Shown here piece after piece: positions 25,349 through 32,000 of a stretch of 32,000 nt of DNA. Under the pieces are notes generated by a model. It had not been told where the DNA came from, searched no databases, and worked only from the letters and a program-made list of their open reading frames with translations. Both the position numbers and the translations under genes were made by a program. This DNA is from Methylorubrum extorquens (GTDB taxonomy: Bacteria > Pseudomonadota > Alphaproteobacteria > Rhizobiales > Beijerinckiaceae): assembly GCA_900234795.1 (NCBI GenBank), contig LT962688.1, positions 4,560,001 to 4,592,000 of the forward strand. The letters are read 5' to 3'. Position 1 is the first letter of the stretch, and every line of letters begins with the position of its first letter.

Positions 25349-25774
25349 GACTTCCCCCCCCACCCGTCCTCTTGCTCTTCGGCCGGAACACTGCTTGCAG
25401 AGCCTGATGAAAGCGTTGCGCCGCGACGGCGACCCGGCCGGATGGTGAACGAACTCTGCGTGTTACTGCATCCGCAGGTTTGCCGGGGGCGAATACGGCG
25501 TTTCAGCCGAGGGCGTGGCAACCGGTGGGAAATGTCCGGCCGTGTTGCTGCGGTATTAACCGCATGGCGAGATCGCCGGGCCGTGATCGCGGGCGCTTAA
25601 CGCTTCGGCGCCACCATTGCGGCTCGATCCCGCCCGCACCAGGTCCGCCCGCCATGACCGCAGCGCCCTCCATAGCGTCCACCGCGGCCACCCGCCCCCC
25701 TCCGCCCGCTTCCCGAAGAGGCCGCCCGGCTCGCCTGGGTCGATGTCGCCAAGGGCCTTTGCATCATTCTCGTC

Positions 25775-26818
25775 GTGATGATGCACTCGACGCTCGGCAC
25801 CGGCGAGGCCCTGGGCGGCGAGGGCTTCCTGCATACGGTCGTCGAATTCGCCAAACCGTTCCGGATCCCCGACTTCTTCCTGCTCTCGGGGCTCTTCCTC
25901 GGCCGGGTGATCGACCGCGACTGGCGGCTGTTCGCGGACCGGCGCGTGGTCCACTTCGCCTATTTCTACGGGCTGTGGGTGGTGATCCAGTCGCTGTTCA
26001 AGGCCGGCTCGATCGTCGGCGGAGCGGACGGGAGCGCGGAGAAACTCGCCGCCTTCGGCCTGCACCTCGCGGAGGCGCTGGTGGTGCCCTACTCGACGTT
26101 GTGGTTCGTCTACCTGCTCGCGGTGTTCTCGGTGGTGACGAAGCTGCTCCACCGCCGGGTGCCGCCGGCCCTGCTGCTGGTCGCGGCGGCCGTGCTGCAG
26201 ATCCTGCCGACGAGCGGCCTGCCGGAACTCCTGGACGAGTTCTGCGAGCGCTACGTCTACTTCCTGGGCGGCTACCTCTTCGCCGAGTGGATCTTCCGCT
26301 TCGCCGATCGGGTGCGCGAGCGGGCCGGCCTCGCGCTCGCGGGTCTCGCCCTCTGGGCCGTGCTGGAGGCCGTGTTCGTGTTCACGCCGACGGGAATCGA
26401 GGCGTTGCCGACGCTCGCGCGCCTGCCGGTGGTCAGCCTCGGGCTCGGCACGGTCGGCGCGCTCGCCATCGTCGCCTTTACCGGGCTGATGACCCGTGCG
26501 GGCGGCCCCGTCACCGCGGCGCTGCGCGCCTGCGGCGAGCGCTCGATCGTGATCTATCTCGGCTTCTTCCTGCCGATGGCGCTCACCCGCACCCTGATCG
26601 TCCGGTTCAACGACGCCCAGCCCGATCTCGCCCTCGATATCGGGCTCGCGAGCCTCGTCGTCACCGTGGCGGCGGTGACGGTGCCACTGGCCTTCGAGCG
26701 GCTGGTGCGCGGCACCCGCCTGGACTTCCTGTTCCGGCGCCCGGCCGCCTTCCACATCGCACCGGCACCGGCCGCGCCGGCACGCCTGCGGCCGGCGGCG
26801 GCCCCGCGCGAGGCATGA
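25775..26818 (+). CDS. acyltransferase family 3 membrane protein (intact ORF portion; the 5' end appears frameshifted, see findings)
   Basis: 347-aa ORF with many TM helices. It contains FRIPDFFLLSGLF and HFAYFYGLWVV. The conserved N-terminal helix RLAWVDVAKGLCIILVVMMH is encoded in the same frame upstream of the GTG at 25775, but no start codon lies before it. Confidence 0.8.
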   Translation: MMMHSTLGTGEALGGEGFLHTVVEFAKPFRIPDFFLLSGLFLGRVIDRDWRLFADRRVVHFAYFYGLWVVIQSLFKAGSIVGGADGSAEKLAAFGLHLAEALVVPYSTLWFVYLLAVFSVVTKLLHRRVPPALLLVAAAVLQILPTSGLPELLDEFCERYVYFLGGYLFAEWIFRFADRVRERAGLALAGLALWAVLEAVFVFTPTGIEALPTLARLPVVSLGLGTVGALAIVAFTGLMTRAGGPVTAALRACGERSIVIYLGFFLPMALTRTLIVRFNDAQPDLALDIGLASLVVTVAAVTVPLAFERLVRGTRLDFLFRRPAAFHIAPAPAAPARLRPAAAPREA

Positions 26819-26911
26819 GCGGACGACCGTCAGCGGAACCATACTGCCCCGCCCGCCGGTTTGCCCCTTTGGCCCGCTTCTTCGTGCGGGCGCGATCGGG
26901 AGGACAAGGGC

Positions 26912-27127
26912 ATGGTGCAGGAAGCGTCCGACGTCGGACATGCGGTGAGCGGCGATCCCGCCCAGGTGGTTCTCGACGCCCCGCGGGACCGCGCCTACTG
27001 GGCGCGCCGGTTCGAGGTGCCGGCGGAGCAGGTGCAGGCGGCGGTCGAGGCGGTGGGCTCCGATGCCGCCCGGGTCGCGGCCCATCTCGGCAAGCCCTGG
27101 CCCTACGAGAAGAGCGGCATCGTGTGA
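26912..27127 (+). CDS. DUF3606 domain protein
   Basis: 71 aa starting at ATG 26912, with GGGAGGA 7 nt upstream. VLDAPRDRAYWARRFEVPAEQVQAAVEAVGSDAARVAAHLG matches the DUF3606 pattern as I remember it. Confidence 0.6.
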   Translation: MVQEASDVGHAVSGDPAQVVLDAPRDRAYWARRFEVPAEQVQAAVEAVGSDAARVAAHLGKPWPYEKSGIV

Positions 27128-27136
27128 GGCCGCAAG

Positions 27137-27157
27137 GGGCCGGGCGATCCCCGGCCC
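27137..27157. terminator. hairpin between the convergent DUF3606 gene and flbT
   Basis: GGGCCGGG cgatc CCCGGCCC: an 8-bp stem, 10 nt after the DUF3606 stop. There is no U-tract. Confidence 0.4.
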
Positions 27158-27225
27158 AGCGAAAGCGTCGTCCTGGATCCTCGTTTCAGGATGAGGCTTC
27201 GGGCTCCCGCGCCGGCCTCGGCCGC

Positions 27226-27642
27226 TCAGCCCTGATGCGCATCCGCATCCCGGCTCGCCTCGAGATGGTCGAGGAGCTGGCGCTCGTAGGCGATCAACTC
27301 GCGCCCGCGCTTGATCGCGCGGTGATACTGGCGCGCCGAGAGTTCGTCCTGAATCGCGAGGATGTAGGGCGCCATGCTCGGCGACGCCTTCATGATCTCC
27401 GTGGCTTGGCGCACGAACAGATCCTCGGCTTCCGGCGGGTTGTCGGCGAGATAGATGAACTGGAGCGTCACGCAGAGCCGCTTGGCCGCGGTGTCGGCCT
27501 CGGTCTCGGTGATGATCTCGCTCTCGCGCAGGAATTTGCACTGGTTCTCGATCACGAAGGTCGAGCGGCGGTCGCCGTTGCGGATCAGCGCGCCGTTGAT
27601 GATCAGCCGCTCCTGGGGCTTGAGCTCGATGCGCAGGGCCAT
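27226..27642 (-). CDS. flbT: flagellar biosynthesis regulator FlbT
   Basis: 138-aa ORF MALRIELKPQERLIINGALIRNGDRRSTFVIENQCKFLRESEII..., a characteristic FlbT N-terminus. It is divergent from the flagellin genes. Confidence 0.88.
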   Translation of the reverse strand: MALRIELKPQERLIINGALIRNGDRRSTFVIENQCKFLRESEIITETEADTAAKRLCVTLQFIYLADNPPEAEDLFVRQATEIMKASPSMAPYILAIQDELSARQYHRAIKRGRELIAYERQLLDHLEASRDADAHQG

Positions 27643-27845
27643 GGTGGACAGTTCCTTGGTGGGACGAAGCGAAGCAAAGGTCGTGATGTTCTCTTAACCA
27701 CGAAGGCAAGGCTTTGCGCGATGCTTGCGTTTGACGGGCGAAAGCGACGGAATCGGACGGTTGGATTAAGGTCTCGGCAAGGCGCGGGGTGGAGTGTCAG
27801 GGTGTCGCCAAAAAGGCGGTATCAAGACCCACAAGGATCGCCCCC

Positions 27846-29045
27846 ATGTCCTCCGGCATCACGCTTTCGTCCGCCACCCGTCAGAACCTGCTCTCGCTGC
27901 AGGACACCTCGGCCCTGACGGCCACCACCCAGAACCGCCTTGCCACCGGCCTCAAGGTTTCCTCCGCCCTCGATAGCCCCGTCAACTTCTTCACCGCGCA
28001 GAACCTGTCGAACCGCTCGACCGATCTGGGTGGCCTGCTCGACGGCATCTCGAACGGCGTCCAGGCGATCCAGGCGGCCAACCAGGGCATCACCTCGATC
28101 CAGAAGCTGATCGACTCGGCCAAGTCCACCGCCAACCAGGCGCTGTCGACGCAGATCACCACGACCGGCACTGCAGCCAGCGATTTTGCCGCCAGCACCA
28201 CGTCGGCGACGACCGTCAACTTCTTCGTCAACGGCGCGACCAAGACGGCGACCATCGCCAGTAGCTCGACGATCGACGCGGCCATCACCTCGCTCAACAC
28301 CGCGGCCGGCTCGACGATGTTCTCCAAGGACACGTCCGGCAAGAAGATCGTCCTGAACGCCAGCGCGGCGGTCGAGTTCGCGACCACGGCCGGCCAGACG
28401 GCGCTGGGCTTTGACGCCGGCACGGGTACCGCCACGGCCGACAAGTACGGCACCGGCAACACGGTTGCGGGCAACAGCGCCAACCTGACCATCTCAGGCG
28501 TGGAGACGCGCGCCAAGCTTGCCGAACAGTACAACAGCCTGCTGACCCAGATCACGCAGCTCGCCAAGGATTCGAGCTTCAACGGCACGAATCTGATCAG
28601 CAACGGTGCTGCCTCGAACAAGCTGCACATCGCCTTCAACGAGAAGGACACCTCGAACCTCGACGTCCAGGGTCAGGATCTGACGGCCGACGGCCTTAAG
28701 CTGACCTCGATCACCGGCAACTCGGGTGCGACGGCGAACGGGCAGGGCAACTTCCTGCTCGACACCGACATCAAGGGCACGCTGACCAAGCTGACTTCAG
28801 GCTCCGATACCCTGCGTACGGCGAGCTCGACCTTCGGCTCGAACCTCTCCGTGGTGCAGAACCGTCAGAGCTTCTCGAAGAACCTGATCAACGTGCTCGA
28901 TACCGGTGCGGCGAACCTGACCAACGCCGACCTCAACCTGGAAGCGGCCAACTCCCAGGCGCTCTCGACCCGTCAGTCCCTGGGCATCTCGGCGCTCTCT
29001 CTCGCCAACCAGGCGCAGCAGAGCATCCTTCAGCTCCTGCGCTGA
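27846..29045 (+). CDS. flagellin (copy 1, 399 aa)
   Basis: ATG 27846. N-terminal D0/D1 reads MSSGITLSSATRQNLLSLQDTSALTATTQNRLATGLKVSSALDSPVNFFTAQ. The C-terminus reads NSQALSTRQSLGISALSLANQAQQSILQLLR. The central region is rich in Thr, Ser and Ala. There are no Cys or Trp residues. Confidence 0.93.
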   Translation: MSSGITLSSATRQNLLSLQDTSALTATTQNRLATGLKVSSALDSPVNFFTAQNLSNRSTDLGGLLDGISNGVQAIQAANQGITSIQKLIDSAKSTANQALSTQITTTGTAASDFAASTTSATTVNFFVNGATKTATIASSSTIDAAITSLNTAAGSTMFSKDTSGKKIVLNASAAVEFATTAGQTALGFDAGTGTATADKYGTGNTVAGNSANLTISGVETRAKLAEQYNSLLTQITQLAKDSSFNGTNLISNGAASNKLHIAFNEKDTSNLDVQGQDLTADGLKLTSITGNSGATANGQGNFLLDTDIKGTLTKLTSGSDTLRTASSTFGSNLSVVQNRQSFSKNLINVLDTGAANLTNADLNLEAANSQALSTRQSLGISALSLANQAQQSILQLLR

Positions 29046-29078
29046 TCGCGGTCTCTGAGACGTAGCACGCCAGCAAAA

Positions 29079-29109
29079 GAGACGGTCGGGACGTTGTTCC
29101 GACCGTCTC
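29079..29109 (+). terminator. hairpin after flagellin copy 1
   Basis: GAGACGGTCGG (29079-29089), 9-nt loop, CCGACCGTCTC (29099-29109). The stem is a perfect 11 bp. The trailing sequence CTCATTCC is a weak U-tract. Confidence 0.55.
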
Positions 29110-29228
29110 CTCATTCCAAACTCGAAAATTATCTGGCCGAGAAGAGATCGTTAACGCTAAAGAAACCCTGGGCGTGGTGAATTAACCCTAATGCCGGATC
29201 GGTATCGATCTGAACGGGGTTGTTACCC

Positions 29229-30428
29229 ATGTCTTCAAGCGTCACGCTTTCCGCCGCCACTCGTCAGAACCTGCTCTCGCTGCAGGACACCTCGGCTCTG
29301 ACGGCCACGACCCAGAACCGGCTGGCAACGGGATTGAAGGTCTCGTCGGCCCTCGACAATCCGGTCAACTTCTTCACGGCGCAGTCTTTCAACAGTCGAT
29401 CGGGCGATCTCAATTCGTTGCTCGACTCGATCTCGAACGGCATCCAGACGATCCAGGCGGCCAACCAGGGCATCACCTCGATCCAGAAGCTGATCGACTC
29501 GGCCAAGTCCACCGCCAACCAGGCGCTGTCGACGCAGATCACGACGACCGGCACCGCGGCCAGCGACTTCGCCGCCAGCACCACGACGTCGACGACCGTC
29601 AACTTCTTCGTCAACGGCGCGACCAAGACGGCGACGATCGCGACCAGCTCGACGATCGATGCAGCCATCACCGCGCTCAACACGGCGGCCGGCTCGACGA
29701 TGTTCTCCAAGGACACGACCGGCAAGAAGATCGTGCTGAACGCCAGTTCGGCGGTCGAGTTCGCGACCACGACCGGCCAGACGGCGCTGGGCTTTGCCGC
29801 CGGCACGGGTACCGCCACGGCCGACAAGTACGGCACCGGCAACACAGTCGCGAGCAATAGCGCCAACCTGACCATCTCAGGCGTGGAGACGCGTGCGAAG
29901 CTGGCCGAACAGTACAACAGCCTGTTGATCCAGATTACGCAGCTGGCCAAGGATTCGAGCTTCAACGGCGTGAATCTGATCAGTAACAGTGACCCCTCGA
30001 ACAAGCTGCACATTACCTTCAACGAGCGCGACACCGCCAATCTCGACGTCCAGGGCAAGGATCTGACGGCCGACGGCCTGAGCCTGACCTCGATCACCGG
30101 CAACTCGGGTGCGACGGCGAACGGCCAGGGCAACTTCCTGCTCGACACCGACATCAAGGGCACGCTGACCAAGCTGACGGCAGGCTCCGACACCCTGCGC
30201 TCGGCGAGCTCGACCTTCGGCTCTAACCTCTCCGTGGTGCAGAACCGGCAGGACTTCACCAAGCGGCTCGTCAACATCCTCGATACCGGCGCCTCGAACC
30301 TGACCAACGCCGACCTCAACGAGGAGGCGGCGAACTCCCAGGCGCTCTCGACCCGTCAGTCGCTGGGCATCTCGGCGCTGTCGCTCGCCAACCAGGCCCA
30401 GCAGGGCATTCTCCAGCTCCTGCGCTGA
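29229..30428 (+). CDS. flagellin (copy 2, 399 aa)
   Basis: ATG 29229. Same length as copy 1, with about 43 of 399 residues different by my manual comparison. Confidence 0.93.
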   Translation: MSSSVTLSAATRQNLLSLQDTSALTATTQNRLATGLKVSSALDNPVNFFTAQSFNSRSGDLNSLLDSISNGIQTIQAANQGITSIQKLIDSAKSTANQALSTQITTTGTAASDFAASTTTSTTVNFFVNGATKTATIATSSTIDAAITALNTAAGSTMFSKDTTGKKIVLNASSAVEFATTTGQTALGFAAGTGTATADKYGTGNTVASNSANLTISGVETRAKLAEQYNSLLIQITQLAKDSSFNGVNLISNSDPSNKLHITFNERDTANLDVQGKDLTADGLSLTSITGNSGATANGQGNFLLDTDIKGTLTKLTAGSDTLRSASSTFGSNLSVVQNRQDFTKRLVNILDTGASNLTNADLNEEAANSQALSTRQSLGISALSLANQAQQGILQLLR

Positions 30429-30461
30429 TCGGCATCGGTCGTCGCAGGCGGGTGGGTTTCG

Positions 30462-30493
30462 GGGGCGATCGCGCGAAGCGGTCGCCCCTTTTT
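30462..30493 (+). terminator. intrinsic terminator after flagellin copy 2
   Basis: GGGGCGATCGC (30462-30472), loop GCGAA, GCGGTCGCCCC (30478-30488). The stem is 11 bp with one G-U pair and is followed by TTTTT (30489-30493). Confidence 0.8.
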
Positions 30494-30645
30494 CGTTGGA
30501 GGGGCTGGCGTCCACACCCGACGGCGGCGCATCCCCGCCCCGTGGCGTCCGGGCGAGCCTGTCCATAAATCAGCCGCGTTGTGCGCTGCTTGATCGGTCC
30601 TGGTACGCTCTTCGTTGCGTGCCGGCCGGGGACCTCAACCGCTCG

Positions 30646-32000
30646 ATGAACGCCATCCTGATCAAGCTGTTCGCGACCGCGCTGACCCTGTCCCAGGTCA
30701 CGACGCGGCCCGACGCGGTGCGGACCCAGTTCGACCCGGCCAAGGATGGCGGGCAGGTCGTGGCGATCCTGCGCGACGGCTGCGCCCACATGCGCAAGTC
30801 CTTCGACATCGAGGATATCAATCTCGATGAGCTGATCTCCACCGCCATGGAGGATCCGAGCGCGGTGGCGGGCGACAACGCGCCCAAGATCCTGCACGGG
30901 CTCGACATCGCCGAGCTGAACACGAGCTACAAACAATTCTGCAAGGGCGAGAACCCGGCCAATTCGCCTTTCGAGGCGGCGGCGGTGATCGCCTTCTACA
31001 ACAACGCCGTGAAGGATCTGCCCTCGGCCGAGGCCCTGCGCGACATCAAGCTTCCCAGCGCCAGCGTCATCCTGGATGCGGCGGGCAAGCCCTATTCCGA
31101 GACCTTCGAGACGCATGGGCGCCGCCTCGTCGTGCCGATCGAGGGCGTGCCCGACCTCGTGCAAAAGGCCTTCGTCGCGGCCGAGGACAAGCGCTTCTAC
31201 CAGCACCACGGCATCGACGAGCGCGGGGTGATCCGTGCCTTCGTTGGCAACCTCGCCTCGCCGGGGCGGCCGGCCGGCGGCTCGACCATCACGCAGCAGG
31301 TGGTCAAGAACCTCTCGGTCGGCGACGACGTCACCTACGAGCGCAAGATCCGCGAGATGATCGTGGCCTCGCGGCTGGAGCGGCTCCAGACCAAGCCGCA
31401 GATCCTCGGGCTCTACCTCAATGGGATCTATCTCGGCCGCGGCGCCTACGGCATCGAGATGGCGGCGCGCTCTTGGTTCGGGAAGTCGGTCGGCGCGCTG
31501 ACGCTGCCGGAGGCCGCCCTGCTCGCCGGCCTGCCGAAGGGCCCGAACTATTACAGCCCCGACAAGTACCCGGAGCGGGCACGGGAGCGGCGCGCCTACG
31601 TGCTGAGCCGGATGAAGGAAGAGGGCACGATCACAGAAGCGCAGATGAATGCGGCGCTGGCCTCCGATCTCGGCATCAAGCCGCCGGATGCCGCGCGCCA
31701 GGATTCCGGCTTCTACCTCGTCGATCACGTGGCGCGCGAGACGCGCACCTTCGCCGGGCTCGAAACGCTCACCAACGCGAGCTACACCGTGCGCGCCACG
31801 GTGAATGCCGGCCTGCAAAGCGCGCTCGAAGCGGCGCTGCAGGAAGGTCTGGCGGCCTACGAGCGCGGCACCGGCCGCGCCCGCTACGAGGGGCCGGAAC
31901 TGAACCTGTCCGAGGCGATCAAGCGCATCGAGGCCGCCGCGCCCGCGCCGGAGCCCGCCGCCGAGCCAGCGCCCGCGCCCGAGGCGAAGAAGGGTGCCAA
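30646..32000 (+). CDS. class A penicillin-binding protein (GT51 transglycosylase domain) with an N-terminal extension; 3' end lies beyond the window
   Basis: My own translation; the ORF has no stop in the window, so it is absent from the track. GT51 motifs: AAEDKRFYQHHGID, GGSTITQQVVKN, RKIREMIVASRLE, ILGLYLNGIYLGRGAYG. The start is uncertain (ATG 30646 or GTG 30619), but it must lie after the terminator at 30493. Confidence 0.85.
   Translation, partial: MNAILIKLFATALTLSQVTTRPDAVRTQFDPAKDGGQVVAILRDGCAHMRKSFDIEDINLDELISTAMEDPSAVAGDNAPKILHGLDIAELNTSYKQFCKGENPANSPFEAAAVIAFYNNAVKDLPSAEALRDIKLPSASVILDAAGKPYSETFETHGRRLVVPIEGVPDLVQKAFVAAEDKRFYQHHGIDERGVIRAFVGNLASPGRPAGGSTITQQVVKNLSVGDDVTYERKIREMIVASRLERLQTKPQILGLYLNGIYLGRGAYGIEMAARSWFGKSVGALTLPEAALLAGLPKGPNYYSPDKYPERARERRAYVLSRMKEEGTITEAQMNAALASDLGIKPPDAARQDSGFYLVDHVARETRTFAGLETLTNASYTVRATVNAGLQSALEAALQEGLAAYERGTGRARYEGPELNLSEAIKRIEAAAPAPEPAAEPAPAPEAKKGA

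Noticed and set aside
27643-27845. Search for sigma-54 (GG-N10-GC) or sigma-28 (TAAA-N15-GCCGATAA) promoters upstream of the flagellin genes (also 29110-29228)
   Set aside because: No candidate had correct spacing. The best sigma-28-like match upstream of copy 2 (TAAAGAAA...GTGAATTA) matches only half of the -10 consensus. No promoter is reported.
25480-27918. 812-aa ORF on the plus strand, the longest in the window
   Set aside because: It is extremely Arg/Gly/Pro/Ala-rich and low in complexity. It runs out of frame through the acyltransferase gene, across the DUF3606 gene and antisense through flbT. It is a typical stop-free shadow frame of GC-rich DNA.
30316-31818. 500-aa minus-strand ORF at the right end of the window
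   Set aside because: It is a shadow of the PBP gene. The plus strand carries all GT51 motifs in one frame, and the minus frame has no motifs. It would also run through the flagellin terminator.
1-32000. Scan for CRISPR arrays, rRNA/tRNA genes, transposases, integrases and prophage genes
   Set aside because: None were seen. The only repeats are the REP-like palindromes, the 3 x 11-bp array, the 18-nt paired sites and the flagellin duplication.

Overview
Very GC-rich chromosomal segment. Gene content and protein sequences suggest an alphaproteobacterium of the Rhizobiales, possibly Methylobacterium-like (inference only). Most of the window is ordinary core genome. It holds a GH15 hydrolase fragment, an SMP-30 lactonase, a P450, the minCDE operon, a CHASE3 chemoreceptor, typA, a DUF2254 membrane protein, map, an HdeD-like protein, flbT with two tandem flagellin genes, and the start of a class A PBP. 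I found no rRNA, tRNA, CRISPR array, transposase or integrase, and no convincing multi-gene defence system. The most coherent system-level unit runs from about 12.0 to 19.4 kb. It starts with a sigma-54 type -24/-12 promoter preceded by two near-identical dyad-containing sites. These sit in front of a NitT/TauT-type ABC importer (binding protein, permease, ATPase). After a REP-like palindrome cluster comes a DctB/DctD-like sensor kinase and sigma-54 activator pair, translationally coupled to a beta-keto acid cleavage (BKACE/DUF849) enzyme. The substrate is unknown. Other points worth a second look follow. A second, orphan full-length MinC paralogue keeps the RSGQ motif. Three separate +1 frame breaks all sit in G or C homopolymer runs (two in the ABC permease, one at the 5' end of an acyltransferase-3 gene). 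An HD-GYP protein looks like a tandem of a degenerate and a canonical HD-GYP domain, with a G8 tract at its start codon. A roughly 45-codon C-terminal relic of an outer-membrane beta-barrel (TonB-dependent-receptor-like) gene is present. Two flagellin genes of about 89 percent identity show homology confined to the ORFs and a 93-nt identical tract. A one-third G+C island lies upstream of an outer-membrane protein gene. The PBP1A-like protein has an unusual N-terminal extension of about 140 to 180 residues. All functional calls rest on motif recognition by eye and no database search was possible.
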